Assembly: GCA_963764505.1 (NCBI GenBank) | Contig: CAVXSP010000001.1 | Span: forward strand, 1,959,207 to 2,023,206 | Source: an uncultured Acidobacteriota bacterium | GTDB lineage: Bacteria; Acidobacteriota; Vicinamibacteria; Vicinamibacterales; SCN-69-37 | Reading direction: 5' to 3' | Length of the DNA: 64,000 bases | Part shown: piece after piece, positions 1 through 9,530 of the stretch | Position numbering within the stretch: position 1 is the first letter of the stretch | How the letters are laid out: every line of letters begins with the position of its first letter | Made by a program: the position numbers and the translations under genes | The notes under the pieces: model-generated | The model's input: only the letters and a program-made list of their open reading frames with translations | Told to the model about the DNA's origin: nothing | Database searches by the model: none

Positions 1-2
1 TC

Positions 3-659
3 GAGCTGCTGGTCGCGGAGAAGATCGTCGGCTGGTTCCAGGGGCGGATGGAGTTCGGTCCCCGCGCGCTGGGCGCGCGCAGCATCCTGGGCGATCCGCG
101 CTCGCCGCGGATGCAGGCCACGATGAACCTGAAGATCAAGTTCCGGGAGAGCTTCCGTCCGTTCGCCCCGTGCGTGCTCGAGTCGGAGGCGCACCGGTGG
201 TTCGGCATCGAGCCCGGGCAATCGAGTCCGTACATGCTGCTGGTCGCACCCGTCCGCGAGGAACGACGCGTGCCGATCGATGCCGGCGCGGCGCGCACCA
301 TGGCGGACGATCCGGATCTGCGCAACCGCGTCAACATTCCGCGGTCGGTGATTCCGGCCGTGACGCACGTGGACTACAGCGCCCGGCTGCAGACCGTCGA
401 CGAGACGCGGAACCCGCGGCTGACCGCGCTGCTCCAGGGCTTTCAGCAGCGCACTGGCTGTCCCGTGCTCGTCAACACCAGCTTCAACGTGCGCGGTGAG
501 CCGATCGTCTGCAGCCCGGAGGACGCCTACCGGTGCCTGCTGGCCACGGAGATGGATGCGCTCGTGCTGGAGGACGTCATCGTGCTCAAGAAGAACGTGT
601 CGGACCGCGTGGATCTCGCCGAGCGCGAGCGGCACCTGGCGCAGTTTCAGTTGGACTGA
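3..659 (+). CDS. Carbamoyltransferase (NodU/CmcH family), C-terminal part; 5' end lies outside the window
   Basis: Frame 3 is open from the window edge. The translation ...GWFQGRMEFGPRALGARSILGDPR...FRPFAPCVL...NTSFNVRGEPIVCSPEDAYRC is the conserved C-terminal half of NodU-type carbamoyltransferases. It is a paralog of 23361..24974. Confidence 0.85.
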   Translation, partial: ELLVAEKIVGWFQGRMEFGPRALGARSILGDPRSPRMQATMNLKIKFRESFRPFAPCVLESEAHRWFGIEPGQSSPYMLLVAPVREERRVPIDAGAARTMADDPDLRNRVNIPRSVIPAVTHVDYSARLQTVDETRNPRLTALLQGFQQRTGCPVLVNTSFNVRGEPIVCSPEDAYRCLLATEMDALVLEDVIVLKKNVSDRVDLAERERHLAQFQLD

Positions 660-670
660 GGAGCTCGAGC

Positions 671-1084
671 ATGCAGTGGGCCGATGTCGTCAAACCGCCG
701 TCGCCGAGGACCCTCCGGCAGTTCGCCGGCCTCTTTCTGATCGTCTTTCTCGCCATGGCGGCGTCGCGCTGGTGGCGCGGCCAGGCGGACGTCTGGGCCG
801 TGGCGCTGGGCGGCCTGGCCGTCGTCGTCGGTGTCGCCGGGCTGATCGCGCCGGCCGTCGTCCGGCCGATCTACACGGGCTGGATGGTCGCCGCGTTCCC
901 GATCGGGTGGACCGTGTCGCGCATCGTCCTCGGGGCGATCTTCTTCTTGGTGCTCACACCCGTGGCGGCGGCGTTCCGGATCGGCGGCCGGGATGCGCTG
1001 AGGCTCCGCCGGCGGAAGCAGACGAGCTACTGGCTCGCCAAACGGCCGGCCGGCGACGCGCGGACCTACTTCCGGCAGTCCTGA
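671..1084 (+). CDS. SxtJ-like small membrane protein (usual partner of carbamoyltransferase genes)
   Basis: ATG at 671, 11 nt after the carbamoyltransferase stop. Encodes 137 aa with 3 hydrophobic segments and a basic tail (RLRRRKQTSYW). The call rests on position and composition recalled from this family. Confidence 0.55.
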   Translation: MQWADVVKPPSPRTLRQFAGLFLIVFLAMAASRWWRGQADVWAVALGGLAVVVGVAGLIAPAVVRPIYTGWMVAAFPIGWTVSRIVLGAIFFLVLTPVAAAFRIGGRDALRLRRRKQTSYWLAKRPAGDARTYFRQS

Positions 1085-1094
1085 CATCGCAGCC

Positions 1095-2207
1095 ATGACG
1101 CCAGGCGTGCAGCGCAGACCAGGGCAGTTCAGCCTCCGGATGAAGCTGACGGCCGCCGCCGCGGCGGCCGTCGTCGGATTCGCGTTGTGCGAGATCGCCG
1201 CGCGGATCGCGTTCCCGGCGCCGCCCGACAGCATGCGCGAGCCGCAGATCCTCTATCTCGCCGATCCGGACGTGGGCTTCCTGCAGGCGCCGAACCAGAA
1301 AGGCTGGATCGACGGCGGGCGGGCGACGGTCAACGCGCTCGGGCTGCGCGGCGATCTGCCGGCGATGCCGAAGCCGGCCGGGTCGATCCGGGTGCTCGCC
1401 ATCGGCGATTCGACGACCTTCGGCTGGGGCGTGAACGACGACGAGACGTATTGCGTTCAGCTCGAGCGACTGCTCGAGCACGCCTACCCGGGCCGCCGGC
1501 TGAGCGTCGTGAATGGGGGCGTCAGCGCCTACGACCTCAGGCACGACGCGGAGCTCCTGCGGCACTTCGCCTCGAAGCTGCAGCCGGACATCGTGCTCGT
1601 CGGCCTGTACTGGAACGATCTGCCGTACGAGGCGTCGCCGCCCGACGGACCTGCGCCGACCGCGCCGGTCGTGGAGAAGCCGTCCCTGGGCGCGCCGGCC
1701 GGATCGTCCAAGCCGTTCCGCATGGGCAATCAGTTCTCCCAGGTGAACCGGATCCTGCGCCGGAGCCGCATGCTGTACATCCTGCGGCAAGCCTGGTCGC
1801 GCGCCGTGGCGCCGACCGCGGCCGCGAGCAACCTCGAGCAGTGGGAGACCGCGGTCCTCGAAGGGCACCACTCGCCCGCGATCGACGCCGGCTGGCGGGA
1901 CATCGGCCGCACGCTCGACGAGATCCGCGCGATGGGGGAAGCGGGTGGCTTCGCCGTGGGCGTCGTGATCATGCCGATCCGTGCCCAGGTCGAGCAGAGC
2001 TACCCGCGCGCGGAGTATCAGACGCGCGTGAGCGCGATGGCCAGATCGCTGGGGATGTTCGTCGTCGACCCCTTGCCGTACTTCGTGCGTCAACCGGATC
2101 ATGCGAGCCTGTTCATCCCGTACGATCGGATGCACTTCTCGCGCCTGGGCAACGCGCAGGTGGCCGAGGCGGCATTCGAGGCGCTCAGGGCACGGGGGGA
2201 ATTTTGA
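1095..2207 (+). CDS. SGNH/GDSL-family hydrolase (probable polysaccharide esterase/acyl-modifying enzyme) with N-terminal membrane anchor
   Basis: Block I motif VLAIGDSTTFGWGV, then NGGVSAY, and a C-terminal DRMHFS (DxxH). Alternative start at MKLTAAAAA (1140). Paralog of 32084..33244. Confidence 0.75.
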   Translation: MTPGVQRRPGQFSLRMKLTAAAAAAVVGFALCEIAARIAFPAPPDSMREPQILYLADPDVGFLQAPNQKGWIDGGRATVNALGLRGDLPAMPKPAGSIRVLAIGDSTTFGWGVNDDETYCVQLERLLEHAYPGRRLSVVNGGVSAYDLRHDAELLRHFASKLQPDIVLVGLYWNDLPYEASPPDGPAPTAPVVEKPSLGAPAGSSKPFRMGNQFSQVNRILRRSRMLYILRQAWSRAVAPTAAASNLEQWETAVLEGHHSPAIDAGWRDIGRTLDEIRAMGEAGGFAVGVVIMPIRAQVEQSYPRAEYQTRVSAMARSLGMFVVDPLPYFVRQPDHASLFIPYDRMHFSRLGNAQVAEAAFEALRARGEF

Positions 2208-2352
2208 GCGCGACAATCTCACGGCGCAGCTCCGACGAGCGGCGACCTCCGTGCCCTTGAACATCGTCGAGGGCGCAGGCTGCGCGACGAATCGCGACGT
2301 CGGTCGGTTCCTCGGTTACGCTCGCAACTCAGAACTCACAACTGAGAACTAG
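2206..2352 (+). pseudogene. Remnant of a four-helix-bundle (23S rRNA intervening-sequence protein family) gene
   Basis: Only about 45 codons (NLTAQLRRAATSVPLNIVEGAGCATNRDVGRFLGYA) resemble the central QLRRAaxSIxxNIAEG block of that family. There is no N-terminus (the upstream frame overlaps the SGNH gene) and the C-terminus is truncated. Confidence 0.4.
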
Positions 2353-2373
2353 AACCTTCTTGGAGCAATCAAC

Positions 2374-2559
2374 ATGGAACAGTTCGAACAGCTCGCGAAG
2401 ACTGAAGGCAAGGGCAGCATCGTCGGCGAGTTCTGGTTCTTCCTGGGCCAGACGAAGAAGTGGTGGCTCCTGCCGATCGTCGCCATTCTGGTGATCTTCG
2501 GCGTGCTGATGCTGCTGTCCGGCACGGCGGCCGCGCCGTTCATCTACACGCTGTTCTGA
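2374..2559 (+). CDS. DUF5989-like small membrane protein (third member of the carbamoyltransferase/SxtJ cassette)
   Basis: Encodes 61 aa, GEFWFFLGQTKKWWLLPIVAILVIFGVLMLL. GGAG lies 8 nt upstream of the ATG. The pattern is typical of the small protein that follows SxtJ-like genes. Confidence 0.6.
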   Translation: MEQFEQLAKTEGKGSIVGEFWFFLGQTKKWWLLPIVAILVIFGVLMLLSGTAAAPFIYTLF

Positions 2560-2580
2560 ACCGGTCCGTCCGGGCGCGGT

Positions 2581-3895
2581 ATGGCCACGGACGGGTCCGG
2601 ACCAGAGGTCGTGCGTCCGTCCGAGATTGCCGTGAGCGGGTTGCTGGTGATCGGCCTGATCCAGGCCGGTCCGGCCGGCGCGGCTCGATTCGTCGCTCAG
2701 GTGCCATGGGCAGCATCCGGGCCGTGGGTCGCGGTCGACACGCACGTCCACACGACGTTCTCGGACGGCGCGAGCACGGTCGAGGACGTCGTCGAGCGCG
2801 CGCGCCAGTTCGGCTGCCAGGGGCTGGCCATCACGGACCATGCGGACAGGGCGCTCGGCGCGGCCACGCCGGAGTACCGGGCCGCCATCGAAGCCGCCCG
2901 CACCGCCCACGCCGGATTTCCGATTCTCGCCGGCCTGGAGTGGAACGTGCCGCCCCGCGGCGGGGACGAGCATGCCACCGTTCTGGTTTCGCCGGGGGCG
3001 GAGAGCTGGGCGACCCTCGCCGAGTTCAAGCGCCGGTTCGACGATTTCGACCTGGCGCCGGGGCGCCAGAAGCCGAACGTCGGCGAGGCGCTGGCGTGGC
3101 TGGCGGCGCAGGGCGGCGACAATGCCCTCGTCATCGACAACCACCCGAGCCGCCGGGATGGCTCCAGCATGGACAACGTGCAAGACATGCTCGGATGGCG
3201 GGCGGTCAACCGGCTGGTCATCGGGTTCGAAGGGGCGCCGGGTCATCAAGGGCACGAGCCCATCGGGTCGTACGATCGAGTGGAGAAGACAGTTGACCGC
3301 TGGGATCCCGCCGTGGCTCGCGTCGGGGACGCGTGGGACACGCTGCTCCAGCGCGGCGTCGACGTGTGGGGCGCCCTGGCGGGGTCGGATTTTCACAGCG
3401 CGGCCGCGGACGATCCGAACAATCGCTGGCCGTGCCAGTTCGCCGAGACGTGGCTGCGCGTGCCGGACGTGACCGAGGGCGGTCTCCTGCGGGCGCTGCG
3501 TGCGGGCACCGCGTTTGCCGAGCACGGACACATCGTCCGAGACGTCGAGTTCACGGTCGACGCGCCTGGGCTTCCGCGGCCGGCCGTCTCGGGCGAAGTC
3601 ATCACGGCGCCCGCGGGGTCGCGGGTCACCACGCGGCTGGAGTTCCGGGTGCCGTTGCGCGACTGGGAAGGCCGGCCCAATCGCGTCGACCAGGTGGAAT
3701 TCGTGGTGATCTCCTCGACCAGATGTCCAGGTCCTGACCGAGGCGGTACACGCGGGCGGGCGGCAGATCGTCTCCAGAGCGCTCGTCGTGCCGCCTGGCG
3801 GACTCGTGGTTCGAGCGAGAGGACGCCGCGTCGTCGAGGACGGTCCCGATCTGATGTTCTACACGAATCCCATCCGCGTGAAAGGCGGGACGTAG
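2581..3895 (+). pseudogene. PHP-domain metal-dependent phosphoesterase, secreted/anchored; frame broken by one indel near 3712-3722
   Basis: Shows VDTHVHTTFSDGAS, ITDH and DNHPSR motifs. The frame-1 product turns Arg/Pro-rich after ...VEFVVISST. Frame 2 continues plausibly (DVQVLTEAVHAGG...DLMFYTNPIRVKGGT*) to the TAG at 3893..3895. Confidence 0.7.
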
Positions 3896-3899
3896 CCGC

Positions 3900-5375
3900 A
3901 TGCGCGATCGAGCCCTGCCCGCCGGCGCGGGGCCGGAGCGGGTGTCGGCGCGCGAAGCCGCCAGGCTCCGGATCTGGTGCGCCTGGCTCGCGCTTGGCGT
4001 CGCGGCCTTTGCGGCCTACATCAGTCTCGTGCCCTTCAACTTCCGCATGCCGCACGACGGCTGGGCGTCGGCGCTGTCCCGGACGCTCGAGACGAGGATC
4101 GGCATTTCCGGCAACTTTCTCGCCAATGGCGTGATGCTGGCGCCGTTCGGCTTCTTCGGCGCCGGCGCGCTCCTGTCAGCGCGGTCCGGGCTGCTGCGCA
4201 AGGCGTTCACCGCCGTGCTGATTCTGCTCGTCTCGTGCGGCATCAGCATCTCGATCGAGGCGCTCCAGGTGTTCGTGCCCGGACGGACGCCCTCGCTCGG
4301 AGACATCACGGCGCAGACGGCCGGCACGATCGCCGGGCTCGCCGCGTGGTTCGTCCTCGGCCGCGATGTCCGGACGTGGTCGGCGAAGCTGGCCTCGGGC
4401 ACGGGGGATGCGCTGCGGTCGATGCTCGCCGCCTACGCCGTCGTGCGGGGGTTCATCCTGCTGCATCCCCTCGACGTGACGGTGGACCTCGGGGCGCTCG
4501 CGGGCCGCTGGCACAGCGGCCGAATCGTGATCAACCCGCTCCATTCGGATGCCTTCCACTGGGATCTCATTCCGTCGGTGCTGTCCGACTTCGTGCTCGC
4601 GGTGCCCATCGGCCTCTTCGCGGCGCTTGCGGGCACGCTGCCGGGGATGCGGCGGCAGGCCGGACCGGCCCTCGCCCTCGGGGCGCTCTATTTCACGTTC
4701 GGCGAGCTCGCGCAGGTGTTGATCCAATCCAGGACCGCCGACACGTTCGACCTCCTCGTGAACCTCTCCGGCATGGCGGTCGGCGTGTGGCTCGTCTCGC
4801 TCATGCTCGACAGGCCGGCCGGGTCGCCGATCCGTTCCAGATCGCTCGTGCCGGTCGCCGGTGTCCTGTGCTGCGCGGGCCTCTACATCGCGTACAACTG
4901 GAGCCCGTACGATTTCTCCGTCAGCCTCAGCGTGTTCCACCATCGGTTCCGTCCGCTCGTGGCGGCGCCCTTTCGCGGTTACTACGAGAATCCTGATTTC
5001 AAGGCGCTGGGCGACGTTCTCGTGAAGACGGCGATGACCGTGCCGATCGGCGTCTTCCTGGAGCGCTGGATCCGCTTCGGGCGCACCCCGTACAGGCGCC
5101 TGCTGATGGCGATTGTCCTCGCCGCCTGCGGCGCCTTCTTCGCCGCCGTGGAGATCGGCCAGGTGTTCATCCCGTCACGCTATCCGGATGACACGGACGT
5201 GCTGCTGGCGATCGGGGGCGTGTGGCTGGGCATCCGAACGGCGCGCCCGTTCGATCGGCCCGCGGTCCCCCCGGCTGCCGGTGATGTGGGTGCCGGCGAT
5301 CGCCGGTCGACTACAGCGGTTTCCGGAATCGCGGAGTGCGCTGCAGGCCCTCACTCGCGAGCCGCGCGCCAGTAA
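3900..5375 (+). CDS. VanZ-family membrane protein with two VanZ-like domains
   Basis: Two copies of the E-x-x-Q-x-F-x-P-x-R...D signature (IEALQVFVPGRTPSLGDI and VEIGQVFIPSRYPDDTDV) sit within a polytopic hydrophobic protein. The last ~20 codons are encoded by the left arm of the 5315..5434 hairpin. Confidence 0.75.
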   Translation: MRDRALPAGAGPERVSAREAARLRIWCAWLALGVAAFAAYISLVPFNFRMPHDGWASALSRTLETRIGISGNFLANGVMLAPFGFFGAGALLSARSGLLRKAFTAVLILLVSCGISISIEALQVFVPGRTPSLGDITAQTAGTIAGLAAWFVLGRDVRTWSAKLASGTGDALRSMLAAYAVVRGFILLHPLDVTVDLGALAGRWHSGRIVINPLHSDAFHWDLIPSVLSDFVLAVPIGLFAALAGTLPGMRRQAGPALALGALYFTFGELAQVLIQSRTADTFDLLVNLSGMAVGVWLVSLMLDRPAGSPIRSRSLVPVAGVLCCAGLYIAYNWSPYDFSVSLSVFHHRFRPLVAAPFRGYYENPDFKALGDVLVKTAMTVPIGVFLERWIRFGRTPYRRLLMAIVLAACGAFFAAVEIGQVFIPSRYPDDTDVLLAIGGVWLGIRTARPFDRPAVPPAAGDVGAGDRRSTTAVSGIAECAAGPHSRAARQ

Positions 5376-5434
5376 ACCGGCGCGCGTGCTCGCGATTCGG
5401 GCCTGCAGCGCACTCCACGATTCCGGAAACCGCT
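5315..5434. repeat. About 120-nt near-perfect hairpin / inverted repeat between convergent genes
   Basis: A 36-bp outer stem (5315..5350 vs 5399..5434) has 1 mismatch. An inner stem of about 16 bp (gcgagccgcgcgcc / ggcgcgcgtgctcgc) has one bulge. No flanking T-tract. Confidence 0.85.
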
Positions 5435-5470
5435 ATGGTCGCGTGCCCTGATTCGGGCAGCGTCTCAACC

Positions 5471-6727
5471 TCAACCGGCCGGCAGGCGTCGGCCCTCGCC
5501 ATTCGGGACGAGCGGCTGACGTGCGGGCGCGGCGGACGGATCCTGCAGGGCATCCTCGAGAATCCGCTGCAGATCGGACAGGCGCGCCTCCCAGGCGAGT
5601 CCCTCCATTCGCGCCCGACCGGCCGCGCGCGCCCGGGTCGACGGCGACGCACGCAGGAGCTCCGACACGGCATCGGCGAACGTCGCCGCCTCGCCGGCGG
5701 CGATGCAGCCGGGACGCGCCTCCGCCGGCAGGCCATCGAGCACGACGGGCGTCGTCACGACCGGCAGGCCGGCGGCGAGCGCCTCGAGCACCTTGTTCTG
5801 CACGCCGCGCGCGATCTGGAGCGGGGCGACGGCGATCGCCGCCTCCCAGAGGAACGGCTGCACGGCGGGAACCTCGCCGACGAGATCGACGGACCGGTCG
5901 CGCGACGCCACCCGCCGGAGGCGGTCGGTCGGCCGCGCGCCGACGATCCGGAACCGGGCGGTCGGAGCCGCGGCGCGCACCTGCGGCCAGACGGCGTCGA
6001 GGAACCAGAGGACGGCGGACTCGTTCGGCGCGTAGTCCAGGACGCCGCAGAACACGACATCCATCGAGGGCGCGGGGAGGCCGGCCGCGGGCCGCCGAAA
6101 CGCGGCGACATCGACGCCGTTCTCGACGACGGCGATCGGCGCGCCGGGCGCGATCCGCTGCAGCGCCTCCCGCTCGCGCTCGTTGACGACGAGCGTCATG
6201 CGGGCGCGTGCCGCGGCTTCGGCCTCGAAGGTCCGCAGCGTCTCGGCCTCGCGCCGGTAGATCCAGCGCCTGGGCGCGGACGCGCGGCGTCCCAGGTCCG
6301 CCCACTTCGCGGAGTCGACGTCGACCATGTCGAGGACGAAGGGCAACGCCGAGAGCGGCGGCTCGAGGGCGAAGCGCGCCATTCCGGAGCAGTAGGCCAG
6401 GACGAGGTCCGGAGGGCTGGCCTCGATCAGGCCGGCGAGCCCGCGGCGGAGCCCGGGCGCGTCGAGGAGCAGGTGAGTGAGCGGACGCCGCGAGAACAGC
6501 CCGGCGGCGGCGCGCCCGAGGTTGGCAGCCGGCGACGTCCGCACCGCGACCGTCCTGGTCGCGAACGGGACGCGGCTCGCCCGTGCCGCCTCGTCCGCGT
6601 CGTGCACCAGCGAACAGAGGGACACGTCGGCGAACCGGGAGAGCGCCTGCATCACGTAGTAGGCGCGGATCCGATCGCCGCGGTTGGGCGCGTAGGGCAG
6701 CCGGTGCGTCAGGAACAGGACGTTCAT
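5471..6727 (-). CDS. GT4 glycosyltransferase resembling the PEP-CTERM/EpsH1-system-associated sugar transferase subgroup
   Basis: The N-terminus MNVLFLTHRLPYAPNRGDRIRAYYV is the characteristic P-N-[KR]-GD-[KR]-IR start of that subgroup. The C-terminal half contains the GT4 E-x7-E region (QNKVLEALAAGLPVV). Confidence 0.8.
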   Translation of the reverse strand: MNVLFLTHRLPYAPNRGDRIRAYYVMQALSRFADVSLCSLVHDADEAARASRVPFATRTVAVRTSPAANLGRAAAGLFSRRPLTHLLLDAPGLRRGLAGLIEASPPDLVLAYCSGMARFALEPPLSALPFVLDMVDVDSAKWADLGRRASAPRRWIYRREAETLRTFEAEAAARARMTLVVNEREREALQRIAPGAPIAVVENGVDVAAFRRPAAGLPAPSMDVVFCGVLDYAPNESAVLWFLDAVWPQVRAAAPTARFRIVGARPTDRLRRVASRDRSVDLVGEVPAVQPFLWEAAIAVAPLQIARGVQNKVLEALAAGLPVVTTPVVLDGLPAEARPGCIAAGEAATFADAVSELLRASPSTRARAAGRARMEGLAWEARLSDLQRILEDALQDPSAAPARQPLVPNGEGRRLPAG

Positions 6728-6731
6728 GCGC

Positions 6732-7349
6732 TCACGAGTCGGCGCCTGCCGCCGGCTGCGCCAGCGTCACGGGCCTGCGGCTGCGGACCACGCGCGCGGG
6801 GATGCCGGCCGCGACGGCGTAGTCCGGGATCGGCCGGGTGACGACCGATCCCGCGCCGATCACGCAGTGCGCGCCGACGTCGGCCATGATGATGGCGGCG
6901 TCGCCGACCCAGGTGCCCTCGCCGATCCGCACGCGCCGCCGGGTTCCCGGTTGATCGCGGATGGGACGATCGAGGTCGTCGATGCCGTGCGTCGACGGAC
7001 CGCTCGGCACGTGCACGCCCGAGGCGAGCAGCACGTCCCGCTCGAGACGAGCCCATCCGATCTGGCATCGCGGTCCGACGTAGACACGTTCGTCAATCCA
7101 GACGCGGGGATCGCTGAAGAGGGCGCCGAACTGCACGCAGGCGGACGGCGCGCAGTGTGCGGCGCGCGAGAGGAACGCGCGGCGCGCATACTGTCCGAGC
7201 AGGCCCGGCACGAGCGCGAGCGCCTGCATCGAGCCCTCGAACGCGCGGATGTCGTCCTGCAGCCGTCGCCGAATCGCGTAGGAGAGCAGCGACGGCGCCA
7301 CCATCGCGAGGGCTGCCCCGCGGAGCGCAGCCTTGAGTCCCTCACGCAC
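6732..7349 (-). CDS. Hexapeptide-repeat (LbH) acyl/acetyltransferase
   Basis: Contains VRIGEGTWVGDAAIIMADVGAHCVIGAGSVVTRPIPDYAVAAGIPARV, a left-handed beta-helix repeat pattern. GTG start. Overlaps the upstream stop by 8 nt. Confidence 0.8.
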   Translation of the reverse strand: MREGLKAALRGAALAMVAPSLLSYAIRRRLQDDIRAFEGSMQALALVPGLLGQYARRAFLSRAAHCAPSACVQFGALFSDPRVWIDERVYVGPRCQIGWARLERDVLLASGVHVPSGPSTHGIDDLDRPIRDQPGTRRRVRIGEGTWVGDAAIIMADVGAHCVIGAGSVVTRPIPDYAVAAGIPARVVRSRRPVTLAQPAAGADS

Positions 7350-8563
7350 GGGCGGTGCTCGACGACGGCGACTCGGCGTCTTCGGTCAGGGTGCGCGGGG
7401 CCGCGCCGCGCGCCGGTCCGGCGTCCCGCCCCGCCAGCTCCTCGTAGATGGCTTCGAGCCGCCGCGTGCGCGCGGCGAACGAGAGGTCGTCTTCGATCCG
7501 CCGTCGCGCTAGGAGCGCCCGCTGGCGCGCCGTCGCGGGCTCGCGCAGCGCGCGCAGCATCGAGGAGGCCAGCGCCTCCACGTCCCCGGCCGGGATCACG
7601 ATCCCGTGCACGTCGGGGAGGGCGAGCTCGCGCGTGCCGCCGACGTCGGTGGCGACCAGGGGCGTTTCCATCGCCATGGCCTCGAGCACGGCGTTGGGCG
7701 TGCCTTCGTAGTCCGACGACTGCACGAACAGATCGAAGGCGTGGTGCAGCTCGACGACGTCGGTCCGATGTCCGAGGAACTGGCAGCGGCCGGCCAGGCC
7801 GAGCCGGGCCGAGAGCGACGCCAGTTCCTCGCGGAGCGCGCCATCGCCGGCAATCGCCAGCCGCGCCCGCGGCTCCTTCGCCGACACGCGGGCGAACGCC
7901 TCGAGCAGCAGATCGAATCGCTTCTGACGCTCCAGGCGCCCGACGCTGCCAATCACGATCTCGCCGGCGGCATACCCGAGCGCACGCCGGCTTCCGGACA
8001 CGCGGTCGGTCCGGCGCCGGAAAGTCGACGGATCGATCGCGTTCAGGAGCACCGTGACGCGCTCGGGCCGGGCGCCGTGCGCTTCGAGGACCCGCTTGAT
8101 GTCGCTCGATACGGCAACGACGCGGGGAAAACGGGCGAGCAGCCGCTTGTCGAACGGATAGTAGAGCCGTCGCTCGCGCCAGCTGTCGCCCGTCCAGCCG
8201 TGGGCGGTCGCGAGCGCGGCCACGCCGGTGCGGCGCGCCAGCAGGAGCGCCAGCAGGTTGGTCTTGTATTCGTGGGCGTGGACGACGTCGATCCGCCGGG
8301 CGCGGACCAGACGGACCAGCGCGTGCCAGATGCCAGGGTCGAAGGACTGGCGCTCGAGAATCTCTTCGGTACTGAATGCCCAGCGCGGCCGCCTGGTCCG
8401 CCGGCCGGAAGGCGTCGTCCCGCCGGTCGCGCAGATAGCAGACCAGGACCTCGATGCGCCCGGGCCCGGCGAGCGCGGCGCCGAGCATGATGGTCTTCTC
8501 CGGCCCGCCGCCCGTGCCGCGGACGCTGCGCAGTTCCAGGACGCGGACGGGAGACGCAGACAT
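7342..8563 (-). pseudogene. GT4 glycosyltransferase, frame broken by one indel near 8375
   Basis: The N-terminus MSASPVRVLELRSVRGTGGGPEKTIMLGAA...ALGIQY is in one frame. The rest (TEEILERQSFDPGIWHALVRLVRARRIDVVHAHEYK...GRLERQKRFDLLLEAF...SDYEGTPNAVLEAMAMETPLVATDVGG) is in another. Confidence 0.8.
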
Positions 8564-8570
8564 GCCCGTG

Positions 8571-9530
8571 TCAGCTCTTGCGCCGCAGCGCGTGACCGAA
8601 AGGGGCCAGGAGCGCGAGCGCGCGCGCGGCGTCGTAGACCGCGCTCACGAGCAGGACCTCGAGCGCGGCTCTGGCCGATTCGGCGCGCCGCCGGCGCAGC
8701 AGCGACGCCGCCCGGATCAGCACCAGGGCGCCGACCAGGGCCAGGCCGGCCGCCGCCACGCGCCACCCGCCGGCCAGCCAGGTGGCCGCGCCGAGCGCGA
8801 CCGCGGCGAGGCCGACCAGGTGCAGCAGCGGAATGGCCACGCTTGGCGCCGAGGCGAGCCGCAGGTCGCGCAAGCTCACGCGCAGGTTGTCGCGGCCGCG
8901 CCAGAGCTCGCCGAAGAACAGCGCCTTCAGCGTGGTCGGGTCGCCGCGGTGCACGCTGCGCAGGCGGTCGGAGGCGACCAGACGTCCGCCGCGCTGCCTG
9001 AGGCGCTGGCAGAAGTCGACGTCCTCGCAGGTATCGAGCGAGGCATCGAACCCGCCGAGCGCGTCGAAGTCCGCCCGCCGCACGATCAGATTCCCGCTGG
9101 GGAGCCAGTCGACGTCGCGGGACCCGGCGGCATGGCGCCTGAATCGATCGTAGGTGCGCTGCACCCAGGTGCCCTCGTCGGGCGCCGAATACGGCGCGCC
9201 GGCGGCCGCCGTGCCGGCGCGCTCGAACAGTGCGAGCGCGGCCGCGACCCATCCGCGATCGATCTCATGATCGGCGTCGATGAAGGCGAGCAGGGATCCG
9301 GCGGCGGCCGCAGCGCCGGCGTTGCGCAGCTCGGCGACGCGTCCGCTCGTCAGGGGGATGACGGCGGCGCCGGCTTCGCGGGCGACCGCCGCCGACTCGT
9401 CGGTCGAGGCGTTGTCGATCACGACGATCTCGTGCCCCGCCGGTCCCGCGCTCTCGCGAATCGCGGCGAGGCAGCGGCGCAGGTGCGCCGCGTCGTTCCG
9501 GACGGGAATGACGAACGAGATCACGGGCAT
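8571..9530 (-). CDS. GT2 glycosyltransferase with C-terminal membrane segments
   Basis: Shows MPVISFVIPVRNDAAHLRRCL...VVIDNASTDES...FIDADH, the GT-A DXD pattern. ATG at 9530 shares 1 nt with the upstream stop. Confidence 0.85.
   Translation of the reverse strand: MPVISFVIPVRNDAAHLRRCLAAIRESAGPAGHEIVVIDNASTDESAAVAREAGAAVIPLTSGRVAELRNAGAAAAAGSLLAFIDADHEIDRGWVAAALALFERAGTAAAGAPYSAPDEGTWVQRTYDRFRRHAAGSRDVDWLPSGNLIVRRADFDALGGFDASLDTCEDVDFCQRLRQRGGRLVASDRLRSVHRGDPTTLKALFFGELWRGRDNLRVSLRDLRLASAPSVAIPLLHLVGLAAVALGAATWLAGGWRVAAAGLALVGALVLIRAASLLRRRRAESARAALEVLLVSAVYDAARALALLAPFGHALRRKS

Noticed and set aside
2206-2352. The family name (23S rRNA intervening-sequence protein) prompted a look for rRNA or tRNA genes.
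   Set aside because: The fragment is protein-coding in origin. I recognised no stretch of the window with rRNA or tRNA-like conserved sequence (this was not computationally scanned).
5315-5434. The long hairpin interpreted as an ordinary bidirectional rho-independent terminator.
   Set aside because: There is no U-tract on either strand. A 36+16-bp stem is far longer than typical terminators. It is reported instead as an unexplained palindromic element.
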